From contig CANIFU010000004.1 in NCBI GenBank assembly GCA_947466965.1, positions 10,885 through 74,884 on the forward strand: a DNA stretch of 64,000 nucleotides, in the 5' to 3' direction. Of this stretch, positions 40,356-50,510 are shown one piece after another. Source of the stretch: Bacteroidota bacterium (GTDB lineage: Bacteria; Bacteroidota; Bacteroidia; 2-12-FULL-35-15). Every line of letters begins with the position of its first letter. The first letter of the stretch is position 1. Under the pieces are notes generated by a model. That model did no database searches. It had not been told where the DNA came from and worked only from the letters and a program-made list of their open reading frames with translations. A program made the translations under genes and the position numbers.

Positions 40356-41402
40356 TCATAGCCATTTCTTTTTTCTGAAATAGATCAATAAGGAAATCAT
40401 TGTTGTAAGCATTACTAACCAGGTGAACGGATACCCCCACTTTGATTTAAGTTCGGGCATAGTATCGAAATTCATTCCATAAACTCCAGCAATGAAAGTA
40501 ACGGGAACAAAAATTGTTGTGATGATGGTTAACACTTTCATTACTTCATTCATTTTATTGCTAACACTCGAAAGATAAATGTCCATCATACCGGAAAGTA
40601 AATCGCGATACGTTTCAACAGTGTCGATGACACGAATGGTATGATCATGAACATCACGCAAATAGATATCTGTACTTGGTTTAATTAATTCTGTTTCACT
40701 CCTTTCCATGTTGTTAATCAATTCTCGCATCGGCCAAACAGATTTTCTTATATAAATCATCTCCCTTTTCATATCATGTAACTGACGCATGGTTTCTTTC
40801 GTTGGCTCATCAATTAAATCTTCTTCCAACACTTCGATTCTGTCACCAATTTTCTCAAGGATACCGAAATAACAATCAACCACAGCATCTACTAAAGCAT
40901 AGGATAAATAATCGGCTCCCATTTTTCGGATGCGGCCTTTTCCGGCACGGATTCTGTTTCTAATCAATTCAAATGCATCTCCACCTTCAGCTTCCTGAAA
41001 AGATATAACAATTCCATCCATCAAAACAACACTTAATTGTTCCGACAATAATTCGGAATTATAGTACAGCATTTTCATGATCGATACAACATAATTATCA
41101 TACTCTTCAAATTTAGGTCGTTGGTTGGTATTTACAATATCTTCTAATGTAAGAGGATGAATATTAAAGTGTTTTCCAATTGCATCAATGAATTCTACAT
41201 TATGTATCCCATCAACATTCAGCCATCTCACCATTTTTGGATTAACCATGCTCAAACATTCAGAGAAATCATAAAAATCCTTCTCAAAATAATCGGTTTC
41301 ATTAAATTCTATAAGCGAAATTTTTACACGGTTTGTTTGCTTATCTCCTAAGTAAACCAATGTTCCCGGAGGGGCACCTGCATAATTTGTTTCTTTAGCC
41401 AT
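40356..41402 (-). CDS. corA: Magnesium/cobalt transporter CorA
   Basis: 348 aa. The GVYGMNF signature sits before two C-terminal TM helices. Confidence 0.85.
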   Translation of the reverse strand: MAKETNYAGAPPGTLVYLGDKQTNRVKISLIEFNETDYFEKDFYDFSECLSMVNPKMVRWLNVDGIHNVEFIDAIGKHFNIHPLTLEDIVNTNQRPKFEEYDNYVVSIMKMLYYNSELLSEQLSVVLMDGIVISFQEAEGGDAFELIRNRIRAGKGRIRKMGADYLSYALVDAVVDCYFGILEKIGDRIEVLEEDLIDEPTKETMRQLHDMKREMIYIRKSVWPMRELINNMERSETELIKPSTDIYLRDVHDHTIRVIDTVETYRDLLSGMMDIYLSSVSNKMNEVMKVLTIITTIFVPVTFIAGVYGMNFDTMPELKSKWGYPFTWLVMLTTMISLLIYFRKKKWL

Positions 41403-41415
41403 CCTAAAATTTTAT

Positions 41416-42138
41416 TTATTCTTCTTCATTATTATTCACTTCGATTTTCTCTTTATTCTTTTTTCCTTCCACTTTTTTCCCTTCTAAAACAATCACAATC
41501 TCCCCTTTAACAGTTTTCGTTTTAAAATAGTCGGCTAACTCTTGCAATGTCCCTCTTTTATTTTCTTCAAACATCTTTGATAATTCTCTAGAGATTGAAG
41601 CATTTCTATCTGCACCAAAAAATTCAATAAATTGTTCGAGAGCTTTTACTAAACGATGAGGCGATTCATAAAATATTATCGTTCGGTGCTCATTAACCAA
41701 GGATTTTATTTTTGTTTGACGGCCCTTTTTTTGAGGTAAAAAACCTTCAAAACAAAAGGCATCACTGGCAAGTCCAGAATTTACCAAGGCGGGCACAAAT
41801 GCGGTTGGGCCAGGCAAACATTCAACCTCAATACCTTTTGAAATACATTCACGTATCAATAAAAATCCCGGGTCTGAAATTCCGGGAGTACCAGCATCGG
41901 TAATCAGTGCAATTTTTTCACCATTGGCGATACGAGCAGAAATCATCTCCACCGTTTTATGTTCGTTGTGCATATGATGCGCAAGCATCTTTTTGTTGAT
42001 ATCAAAATGCTTTAATAAAATACCCGACTTGCGGGTGTCTTCTGCCAAAATCAAATCAACTTCTTTTAAAATACGAATTGCTCGGAGTGTAATATCCTCC
42101 AGGTTTCCAATGGGTGTAGGAACGATGTATAATTTCAT
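41416..42138 (-). CDS. rsmI: 16S rRNA (cytidine1402-2'-O)-methyltransferase
   Basis: 240 aa. It has the tetrapyrrole-methylase fold and the N-terminal LYIVPTPIGNLEDITLRA. Confidence 0.85.
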   Translation of the reverse strand: MKLYIVPTPIGNLEDITLRAIRILKEVDLILAEDTRKSGILLKHFDINKKMLAHHMHNEHKTVEMISARIANGEKIALITDAGTPGISDPGFLLIRECISKGIEVECLPGPTAFVPALVNSGLASDAFCFEGFLPQKKGRQTKIKSLVNEHRTIIFYESPHRLVKALEQFIEFFGADRNASISRELSKMFEENKRGTLQELADYFKTKTVKGEIVIVLEGKKVEGKKNKEKIEVNNNEEE

Positions 42139-42273
42139 TTTTTATAAATTATTCGGAGAATATTGTAGTTAGACTCCTGATAAATTTTAATTTTATTTAT
42201 TCCCCTTTTAAAAAGAAAATAGTTCTCCTGATACGTATTTAATTTTAGCAGACACATTTTCCTATTGCCGTCA

Positions 42274-43605
42274 TTAATTTTGCAAATAATCACCAAACTT
42301 TGTGATCAAGTTAAATAAATTTTCAAACTCATTCAAAGGTAATGTTTCTGATCGATCATAAATATCGTGATATGCTTTTATTCCGCCCATCGTATAAATA
42401 AAAAACGACTTAATACCTTTTTCTGAAAACGCATAATGATCACTATTAGCAGCTTTTCCTCGCATCTTTATATCTTTAATATAATTATTTTGTGAATTGA
42501 TTTCTTTCATCATATCAAATTCTGTTTTAAAAACAGAACCATTCACCACCGTAATTCCTTCCTCTCCAGTTCCCATTATATCCATATTAAAAACGAATTT
42601 TATATTTTTTAATGGAAATACAGGATGTTCAGTAAAATATTTTGAGCCCAATAAACCAACTTCCTCACCGCAAAAAGCAATAAAAACTATGGAACATTTC
42701 GGTTTATATTTAAGCTTAGTATAATAATTGGCAAGATTCAGCAACATGGCACAACCACTGGCGTTATCATTTGCTCCAGGAAAATAAACATCTTTACCCA
42801 TTTGACCGAGATGATCATAATGTGCTGAATAAATAATAAATGAATCGGGATAAATAGAACCTTGAATATAGCCGATTACATTTTGGGAAATATGTTTAGG
42901 AATAAATTTATTTTTTGATTCAAAAGCAATATTTATTTTTTTACTTTTTACGATTCGGTTTCGCAATGAATCATTAATTAATAGTTCAACAGAAGGAAAT
43001 TTGCTTACTTTCTGTGAGCATGTCCATGTTAATTTTTTGTCATTCACGAATACAATTCCAAAAGCATTATATGGATTCGCTTTCATGAAATCAAATAATT
43101 TTAATTTGTCTTTATCAGTAATTCCATGCGAATCGATAATGATCCATTTTCGTTCAAATTTTTTCTTTGTGAATTTTTTCATTAATTCCAAAGACGATAC
43201 GGTTGCACTGTCGAACCAAACGGCCTCCAGTTCTTTTTGTTTAATAATAGAAGGACACCCGGCAGAAACTAAATAATTCTGCCCTGCTTTCCATTGCTCA
43301 TTCAAATGATTGATGGAAAAAGAAGGGGTTTCATTCTGAAACGTATTTATTGGAAATTCAAACTTCTGATAATAATCGCCTGAGAAGGAGCTTAGTCCCG
43401 CCTTTTTAAATTCCGTTTTAATATAATTCGCTGCAATACTATCCCCAGCATTAACATATCCTCTTCCATGCATACTTTCGGAAGCCAAAGTATCTACAAC
43501 CTGTCGTGCATATATATAAACCTCTCCTTTTTTTATTTCTTGGGGGAAAACAGAGAAGCCGATAAGGCTAAGAAAAATAAAAACGAAATAAATTTTGGAG
43601 TACAT
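42274..43605 (-). CDS. M28 family zinc aminopeptidase
   Basis: The signal peptide starts at MYSKIYF. The motifs HYDHLG, GANDNASG and GEEVGLLGS are present. The ORF-track start at 43650 is probably too long. Confidence 0.78.
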   Translation of the reverse strand: MYSKIYFVFIFLSLIGFSVFPQEIKKGEVYIYARQVVDTLASESMHGRGYVNAGDSIAANYIKTEFKKAGLSSFSGDYYQKFEFPINTFQNETPSFSINHLNEQWKAGQNYLVSAGCPSIIKQKELEAVWFDSATVSSLELMKKFTKKKFERKWIIIDSHGITDKDKLKLFDFMKANPYNAFGIVFVNDKKLTWTCSQKVSKFPSVELLINDSLRNRIVKSKKINIAFESKNKFIPKHISQNVIGYIQGSIYPDSFIIYSAHYDHLGQMGKDVYFPGANDNASGCAMLLNLANYYTKLKYKPKCSIVFIAFCGEEVGLLGSKYFTEHPVFPLKNIKFVFNMDIMGTGEEGITVVNGSVFKTEFDMMKEINSQNNYIKDIKMRGKAANSDHYAFSEKGIKSFFIYTMGGIKAYHDIYDRSETLPLNEFENLFNLITKFGDYLQN

Positions 43606-43650
43606 AGTATTTTCGAAATTGAATGAATTAATGCAACCAATCACGAGCAA

Positions 43651-44298
43651 CTAACTATATCTTCTGTCTACAAGATCGAATAAATGTTTCACTGTCTCTT
43701 TTTCAGTATCCCAGTCATACAATTGTTGCAAGTTAACGAGATAATCCATTGCCGACTCTAAACTTCCTGCACTATTTAACTGCTGAATTGCAATATTATA
43801 CTCCTGCATATTTCCGGCAAAAAGTTCATTGGAAAACAAAAATTTATCATTGAGTCCGATTGCCTTATTAATATCATCAATTGCGGGTTTCTGAATGTTA
43901 TTAAGAAAAGGCTTTTCTTCTTTCTTCTCTGTCTTTTTTTCAACTTTTGGCTTTTCAATTATAGGAGGCAATTCGCTTCCAAAAAGGTCAATAGGCTTTT
44001 CTGAGGCTTCAATCGGCTTAATAAGCTCTGTCTTTTTTTGAACTATCGGAAGTGGGGCAACCACTTTTTCAACAACAGACTCCTCCGCTTTTGGTTTTAA
44101 AACTACTTTATCAGCAATAGCCGGGAGCGAATGCAGGTGATTAAAAACAATTGATTTCTTATATAATTTTTCAATTTTTAGAAGGATCAACTCCAATTCC
44201 AATTGAGGAATATGCACTTTATCGCCAATATTATCGGAATGCTCCTTGATGCTATTGATTAAAACAGCAATCTCTTTTCTGATGTCGGACTTCTCCAT
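43651..44298 (-). CDS. Hypothetical protein with K/E/P-rich low-complexity linker
   Basis: 215 aa. It has no recognisable domain. Helical ends flank an EKPK-rich middle. It is co-directional with the M28 peptidase. Confidence 0.45.
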   Translation of the reverse strand: MEKSDIRKEIAVLINSIKEHSDNIGDKVHIPQLELELILLKIEKLYKKSIVFNHLHSLPAIADKVVLKPKAEESVVEKVVAPLPIVQKKTELIKPIEASEKPIDLFGSELPPIIEKPKVEKKTEKKEEKPFLNNIQKPAIDDINKAIGLNDKFLFSNELFAGNMQEYNIAIQQLNSAGSLESAMDYLVNLQQLYDWDTEKETVKHLFDLVDRRYS

Positions 44299-44490
44299 TA
44301 TTTTATTTTAACGGGTTAAAAAACAAAACGCTTTTTTGACTAAATTTGTTGTCAATCAAAATGAAAAGATCTTTTAATAATCTTTCCTTTTTTGTAAATC
44401 CCGAATAGTTGATACGAGATTTTATTTTAAATAAAAATACATTAAAATTGCGAATATTTAACTAAGATTTTTTCAAACAAAATCAACAAT

Positions 44491-45066
44491 ATGTTTCTCG
44501 AAAACACGATTCATCTGCATAAAAGAAAAGGCTCAATCGAAGTCATTTGCGGCTCTATGTTTTCAGGTAAAACCGAGGAACTCATCCGAAGAATGAAGCG
44601 CGCCCAATACGCAAAGCAAAAAGTGGAAATTTTCAAACCCGAAATCGATACTCGTTATCATGATAACAACGTTGTTTCACATGAAGGCAATTCAATTCAT
44701 TCTACACCCGTTCCAGCCTCGTCTCATATATTATTATTAGCGAGTGATGTTGATGTAGTGGGTATTGACGAAGCCCAGTTTTTTGATTCAGGACTAGTTG
44801 ATGTTTGCAATCAGCTTGCCGATAGTGGTATTCGGGTAATCGTTGCCGGATTAGATATGGATTATTTAGGGAAACCTTTCGGTCCGATTCCTTCATTATT
44901 GGCAATTGCAGAACATGTTACAAAAGTACACGCTATCTGCATGCGCTGTGGAAATATTGCCAATCATTCACAGCGCATATCTGATGATTCGGCTTTGGTG
45001 GTTCTTGGCGAAACAAACAATTATGAACCGCTTTGCAGAGATTGCTTTGTGGCTGCAAAAAAATAA
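44491..45066 (+). CDS. tdk: Thymidine kinase
   Basis: 191 aa. It has the P-loop [10 protein letters not shown] and a C-terminal zinc ribbon (CxxC...CRDC). Confidence 0.9.
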   Translation: MFLENTIHLHKRKGSIEVICGSMFSGKTEELIRRMKRAQYAKQKVEIFKPEIDTRYHDNNVVSHEGNSIHSTPVPASSHILLLASDVDVVGIDEAQFFDSGLVDVCNQLADSGIRVIVAGLDMDYLGKPFGPIPSLLAIAEHVTKVHAICMRCGNIANHSQRISDDSALVVLGETNNYEPLCRDCFVAAKK

Positions 45067-45067
45067 A

Positions 45068-47545
45068 ATGAACTACTCCATATCCGATATCGCTTCTGTT
45101 ATAAATGGAACATTAAATGGTAGCTCTGCCGCATCAATTAAAAATTTATTGATTGATAGTCGTAAATTGTCGAATGCAGAAACATCTCTTTTTTTCGCTA
45201 TAAAAGGAGACCGCCACGATGGGCACACCTATCTAAACGATTTATTTGAAAAGGGCGTTCGCAATTTTGTAGTTTCCAGTCTTCCACAAAATATAGCGAC
45301 ATTTACCGCTACAAATTTTATATTCGTTAGTGATACACTCTTTGCTTTACAGAAATTGTGTGTGTATCACAGGGAGCAATTTAAAATTCCGGTGATTGGT
45401 ATTACCGGTAGTAACGGAAAAACCATAGTTAAAGAATGGTTATATCAATTAATGCGTGAAGACAAAAATATTGTACGCAGTCCGAAAAGCTTCAATTCAC
45501 AAGTAGGAGTTCCTCTTTCTATTTGGCAAATATCTGAAGAACATGATTTAGGGATTTTCGAGGCAGGCATTTCAAAATCACAAGAAATGAAGTTGCTCGA
45601 AAATATTATTCAACCTACCATTGGTGTGTTCACAAACATTGGGCAAGCACACGATGAAAACTTTGAAAATCAAAAACAAAAAGTTTGTGAGAAATTAAAA
45701 TTATTTTCGAATTCAGAAGTATTAATTTATTGTAAAGATTATTTGTCCATTCAAGATGAAATCACTAACAATAAATTATTTTCCGATACAAAATTTTTTA
45801 CCTGGTCAAAAAAACTTCGTGCTGATTTATTAATTGGACGTATTACAAAAACAGACAGCGATACTGAAATACAGGGGGTTTATAAAAATGATTTCATCCG
45901 CATTACGATTCCCTTTACTGACGAGGCAAGTATTGAAAATACAATTCACTGCTGGGCAACCATGCTCTATTTAGGATATGAGAATAAAGTGATAAACAAT
46001 CGTATGAGATTACTCAGTCCGGTTGCAATGCGGTTGGAATTAAAAGAAGGAATTAATAATTGTTCGATCATCAACGATAGTTACAATTCCGACTTAGGAT
46101 CTTTAGCGATTGCATTGGATTTCTTAAACCAACAAAAGCAACACCCGAAGAAAACAATTATATTGTCAGATATTCTGCAGAGCGGACAAAACGATAAAAT
46201 GCTCTACAAAGAGGTAGCAGAGTTGATTCACAAAAAAGGAATTTCACGATTAATCGGAATCGGAGAAGGGATCTCTTCTCAAGCAAATCAATTCGAGTGC
46301 GAAAAGAGTTTTTATAAATCGACAGCTGATTTCCTTCAACAGTTCAACAATTCTTTTTTTAGAGAAGAAACTATTCTCTTGAAAGGTGCTCGTGCATTTA
46401 GTTTCGAAGCTATTAGTAAAATCATACAGCAGAAAGCACACGAAACAGTTTTAGAAATAAATTTAAATGCCATCGTTCACAACTTAAATTATTATCGCTC
46501 AAAATTAAAAGCCGATACCAAAGTAATGGCAATGGTAAAAGCATTTTCTTACGGAAGCGGAAGTTTTGAAATAGCCAATATTCTTCAATTTCACCGTGTA
46601 GATTATTTAGCGGTTGCTTATGCGGATGAAGGAATTGAATTGCGTAAAGCAGGCATCACCATGCCGATTATGGTAATGAATCCAGAAGAACAAAGTTATG
46701 ATGCGATGATACACTTCAACCTCGAGCCTGAAATATATAGTTTCAGAGTATTGAGTTTGTTTGAGGAAACTTTAAAACGCAGTGATAGAAAAAACATGCA
46801 GCCTATTTCTATTCATATTAAATTAGACACAGGTATGCATCGCCTTGGATTTGATGAAGAGGAAGTAAATGAATTGATTGTTCGAATCAGCAATAATAAA
46901 AACCTGATAATAAAATCGATCTTTTCTCATTTAGCCGCAAGTGATGAAAGCGATCACGATGATTTCACCTGGCAACAAATAAAAAAACTGAATGTGATAA
47001 GTGAAAAAATAAAGTCATATTTTAATTATCCAATCATCAAACATATATTAAATTCAGCTGGTATTTCTCGTTTTCCGGATGCACAATTTGAAATGGTTCG
47101 TTTGGGAATTGGTTTATATGGGATTGGAGCGAATGCAACCGAACAAACACAATTACAAAATGTGAGCACTTTAAAATCTAGTATTTCCCAGATAAAAAAC
47201 ATTTCTGCAAAAGAAACTATCGGATATAGCAGAAAAGGGATAGCTACGCGGGACATGCAAATTGCAACCGTTCCCATTGGCTATGCTGATGGGCTTAGTC
47301 GAAAGCTCAGCAACGGAAAAGGCAAAATGATTGTAAAGGGAAAAGAAGCACCAATTATTGGAAATGTTTGCATGGATATGTGTATGATCGATATTACCGA
47401 CATTCAAGTCAACGAAAATGATGAAGTAATTATTTTTGGTGACCTCAATCCTATTGCTGATGTTGCTAAAGATATCGGTACGATACCCTATGAAGTGTTA
47501 ACGAATGTATCGAGAAGAGTGAAAAGGGTTTATTTCCAGGAATAA
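45068..47545 (+). CDS. murF: Bifunctional UDP-N-acetylmuramoyl-tripeptide--D-alanyl-D-alanine ligase / alanine racemase (MurF-Alr fusion)
   Basis: The N-terminal Mur ligase domain has GITGSNGKT. The C-terminal alanine racemase domain has the PLP-lysine motif AMVKAFSYGSG. The probable start is MNYSISD at 45068, 1 bp after the tdk stop. Confidence 0.85.
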   Translation: MNYSISDIASVINGTLNGSSAASIKNLLIDSRKLSNAETSLFFAIKGDRHDGHTYLNDLFEKGVRNFVVSSLPQNIATFTATNFIFVSDTLFALQKLCVYHREQFKIPVIGITGSNGKTIVKEWLYQLMREDKNIVRSPKSFNSQVGVPLSIWQISEEHDLGIFEAGISKSQEMKLLENIIQPTIGVFTNIGQAHDENFENQKQKVCEKLKLFSNSEVLIYCKDYLSIQDEITNNKLFSDTKFFTWSKKLRADLLIGRITKTDSDTEIQGVYKNDFIRITIPFTDEASIENTIHCWATMLYLGYENKVINNRMRLLSPVAMRLELKEGINNCSIINDSYNSDLGSLAIALDFLNQQKQHPKKTIILSDILQSGQNDKMLYKEVAELIHKKGISRLIGIGEGISSQANQFECEKSFYKSTADFLQQFNNSFFREETILLKGARAFSFEAISKIIQQKAHETVLEINLNAIVHNLNYYRSKLKADTKVMAMVKAFSYGSGSFEIANILQFHRVDYLAVAYADEGIELRKAGITMPIMVMNPEEQSYDAMIHFNLEPEIYSFRVLSLFEETLKRSDRKNMQPISIHIKLDTGMHRLGFDEEEVNELIVRISNNKNLIIKSIFSHLAASDESDHDDFTWQQIKKLNVISEKIKSYFNYPIIKHILNSAGISRFPDAQFEMVRLGIGLYGIGANATEQTQLQNVSTLKSSISQIKNISAKETIGYSRKGIATRDMQIATVPIGYADGLSRKLSNGKGKMIVKGKEAPIIGNVCMDMCMIDITDIQVNENDEVIIFGDLNPIADVAKDIGTIPYEVLTNVSRRVKRVYFQE

Positions 47546-47628
47546 CTATTAATGTTTTTTTTTTTCAGCTCCATTGAATGCTGTCATTTTTTGATAAGAG
47601 TTGAGAAAGCTAAGAATTAATTTCATAC

Positions 47629-48531
47629 TTATTTCAAACTCTTAACGAAGGTATACAAATTAAAATCTTTTGTTTTTAAAGCTTCTTCAATCTGTCCTTT
47701 CAGATCGCTTTTGGAAATCCCTTTCATTTTATTATTCTGAAGCAAGCGGTATGCTTTTTCAGCAAGCAAATAAGAACGTTTTGTATTTACACCTATCGTT
47801 TTGTGTTTATTTATCGCTTCGATCAATTCCTCAACCCCTTCTCCTTTTGTAGCGATTGACTTAATTACAGGAATATTCCAGGCAGTTGCATATTTAGAAT
47901 GAACCAACTGAATAATATTTTTAATGAACGTGTTCGCACCGTCTCTATCCGATTTATTTACCACAAAAATATCTGCAATTTCCATTATTCCTGATTTTAT
48001 TGCTTGTACATCGTCACCGGATTCAGGAACCAAAACTAAAACTGTTGTATCAGCCAATCCTACAACCTCCACTTCACTCTGCCCAACACCAACAGTTTCC
48101 ACAATTATATAATCAAACGAAGAGGCGCGCATCACATCTACGATCTCTATTATTTTTGCAGATAAACCACCCAATGAACCTCTCGTGGCCAATGAGCGGA
48201 TAAACACTTTTTCATTATTAAAATGTTCGGCCATACGCAATCTGTCGCCCAACAAGGATCCGAAATTAAAAGGAGAGGTTGGATCAATCGCAATTACTCC
48301 AACCGATTTATTTTCATCTGTTAATTTTTTAATAAGTGCATTGATCAATGTACTTTTACCAGCTCCTGGAGGGCCAGTAACTCCAACCACAGGAATGGCT
48401 TGATTGAACTTTAAAGTGGTCAGAATTTCTTCATATCCATCCAGCTCATTCTCAACAACAGTAATACAACGAGCCAACGCTTTTTGGTCGCCTTTCTGTA
48501 ATTGTTTTATGAGTAGTTGAGTAGTTGACAT
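47629..48531 (-). CDS. meaB: Methylmalonyl-CoA mutase-associated GTPase MeaB (ArgK family)
   Basis: 300 aa. The Walker A motif is GVTGPPGAGKSTL. The family pattern includes ETVGVGQSE. Confidence 0.85.
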   Translation of the reverse strand: MSTTQLLIKQLQKGDQKALARCITVVENELDGYEEILTTLKFNQAIPVVGVTGPPGAGKSTLINALIKKLTDENKSVGVIAIDPTSPFNFGSLLGDRLRMAEHFNNEKVFIRSLATRGSLGGLSAKIIEIVDVMRASSFDYIIVETVGVGQSEVEVVGLADTTVLVLVPESGDDVQAIKSGIMEIADIFVVNKSDRDGANTFIKNIIQLVHSKYATAWNIPVIKSIATKGEGVEELIEAINKHKTIGVNTKRSYLLAEKAYRLLQNNKMKGISKSDLKGQIEEALKTKDFNLYTFVKSLK

Positions 48532-48562
48532 TCATAGCAAAGATAATACAAAATGTGAAAAA

Positions 48563-48693
48563 TTAACCACATAGATACATAGATAAAAAAGACGCTTTGC
48601 TTGACATAGCCGGCACAATCCGTTTACATAGCTCTCTGTGTAAAAATTTATTTTTCTATAGTATCCTCCTTTTCTATGTTCCTATGTGGTTAA
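48563..48693. promoter_or_regulatory. Dyad-symmetric CATAG/CTATG pentamer array flanked by a perfect 12-bp inverted repeat (TTAACCACATAG ... CTATGTGGTTAA)
   Basis: Seven CATAG/CTATG copies occur within ~130 bp of the divergent meaB / LPS-GT intergenic region. Confidence 0.4.
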
Positions 48694-48731
48694 AATTGTG
48701 TTACTTTTGTGAAATACAAAGCAATCTATAA

Positions 48732-49487
48732 ATGCCCCAATTATCCGTTGTTATCATAACTTTTAATGAAGAAAAAAACATTGGACGCTGCCTTGAATCT
48801 ATTCAGGGAATAGCCGATGATATAGTGATTGTCGATTCCTTTTCTAAAGACGCAACAGAAATTATTTCCAAAGAATTCGATGTAAATTTCATCTCTCGAA
48901 AATGGGAAGGTTATTCGGACACAAAGAATTTTGCAAACTCGCAAGCCAAATACGATTGGATTTTATCCTTAGATGCTGATGAATCATTGTCAGATGAATT
49001 AAAAAATTCGATTTTAAAAGCCAAAGAGGGAACAGAATTAAAGACTTATAAATTTCATCGATTAACCAATTACTGCGGTTCCTGGATAAAATATTGCGGT
49101 TGGTATCCCGATACAAAAATTAGAATTTTCGACAGACGCATCACCAAATGGGAAGGCATCATTCATGAGAAATTGGTAATCAATTCAAAACAAGAAGCTA
49201 TTTTATTAAAAGGTGATTTGCATCATTACAGCTATTATTCTATGGAGCAGCATTATATGCAGGCTCAAAAATTTACAGACATTGCCGCTAAGGAATTATT
49301 CGATAACGGTAAGAGGGCTTCCTTTTTTAAGTTAGTAATTCGTCCAGTTATAAAATTCATCCGCGATTATTTTATAAACTTAGGTTTTTTAGATGGGAAA
49401 GCAGGGTATATTGTTTGCCGCATTTCCGCGTATGCAACCTACCTCAAATACAAAAAATTGCGTGATCATTATTCTGTAAAAAAATAA
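48732..49487 (+). CDS. Family 2 glycosyltransferase (LPS core-type, WaaE/KdtX-like)
   Basis: 251 aa. The motifs SVVIITFNEE...DSFSKD...DADE are present. Confidence 0.78.
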   Translation: MPQLSVVIITFNEEKNIGRCLESIQGIADDIVIVDSFSKDATEIISKEFDVNFISRKWEGYSDTKNFANSQAKYDWILSLDADESLSDELKNSILKAKEGTELKTYKFHRLTNYCGSWIKYCGWYPDTKIRIFDRRITKWEGIIHEKLVINSKQEAILLKGDLHHYSYYSMEQHYMQAQKFTDIAAKELFDNGKRASFFKLVIRPVIKFIRDYFINLGFLDGKAGYIVCRISAYATYLKYKKLRDHYSVKK

Positions 49488-50510
49488 ATGCCTCTAAAAA
49501 ACAACATACAACGGATCATCATCAGCCGCACCGATGCCATCGGAGATGTTATACTTACATTGCCTTTGTGCGGTATCATCAAACAAAAATATCCGCAGGC
49601 AAAAATCATTTTTATTGGAAGAACCTATACTGAGGCCATCGTAAAATGTAGTCAATACGTTGATGAATTCATCAATGCGGATATGCTTTTAAAAATGGAT
49701 GATACAGCTGCCACAGGTGAATTCAAAAAAATAAATGCAGATGTGTTCCTTCATGTTTTTCCAAATAAAAGAATAGCCGTACTAGCAAAAAAAGCGGGAG
49801 TTCCAGTTAGAATAGGTACAACAAATCGTTTATTTCATTGGGGGAAAATAAATACGTTTGTTCGGTTAAGCAGAAAAAATTCTGATTTACACGAAGCACA
49901 ATTAAATTGCAAACTTTTGGAACCACTAGGAATAATAAGTGTTCCCTCCTTGAAAGAGCTTTCAGAATTTACCGAATTTAAAAAAATTCCTGCAACAGAA
50001 ACTATTTATACATCGCTGATTGATCACTCTAAGATTAATGTAATTCTGCATCCAAAATCAAATGCAAGTGCCCGTGAATGGAGTTTGGAAAACTACAAAA
50101 AACTAATTGACCTCCTGCCAAACGATAAATATAAACTATTCATCAGCGGAACTGATAAAGAAAAAATAGCACTAAGTGATTGGATAAAAACATTACCTTC
50201 AACGGTGGTGGATGTTACTGGAAAATTTTCACTGAACGAATTCATTTATTTCATAAGTAAGGCAGATTATTTAGTTGCTGCTAGTACGGGACCTCTTCAC
50301 ATTGCTGCTGCCTGTGGCATTGGAGCCATTGGCATTTATCCTCCTATCAGGCCAATGCACCCCGGAAGATGGCAACCTATTGGTAAAAATGCACAATTTG
50401 TTTGTGTTAACAGATCCTGCTTCGATTGTAAAAAGTCGCCACAAACCTGCCATTGCATGAATGAGGTTCAGCCACTTCAGGTTGCTTGCTTGTTGTTGAA
50501 TAAACGCTAA
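49488..50510 (+). CDS. Family 9 glycosyltransferase (LPS heptosyltransferase-like)
   Basis: 340 aa. It has the GT9 N-terminal motif RTDAIGDVILTLP and the C-terminal GTD/GPLHIAAA region. Confidence 0.78.
   Translation: MPLKNNIQRIIISRTDAIGDVILTLPLCGIIKQKYPQAKIIFIGRTYTEAIVKCSQYVDEFINADMLLKMDDTAATGEFKKINADVFLHVFPNKRIAVLAKKAGVPVRIGTTNRLFHWGKINTFVRLSRKNSDLHEAQLNCKLLEPLGIISVPSLKELSEFTEFKKIPATETIYTSLIDHSKINVILHPKSNASAREWSLENYKKLIDLLPNDKYKLFISGTDKEKIALSDWIKTLPSTVVDVTGKFSLNEFIYFISKADYLVAASTGPLHIAAACGIGAIGIYPPIRPMHPGRWQPIGKNAQFVCVNRSCFDCKKSPQTCHCMNEVQPLQVACLLLNKR

Noticed and set aside
44906-45067. Upstream in-frame extension of murF overlapping tdk by 160 bp
   Set aside because: The extension is in a different frame from the tdk C-terminus and has no MurF homology. 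MNYSISD at 45068 aligns with MurF N-termini and abuts the tdk stop.
47546-47628. Poly-T tract (13 T) after murF-alr as a terminator
   Set aside because: Only a weak 4-bp stem is adjacent, so I am not confident it is a canonical intrinsic terminator.
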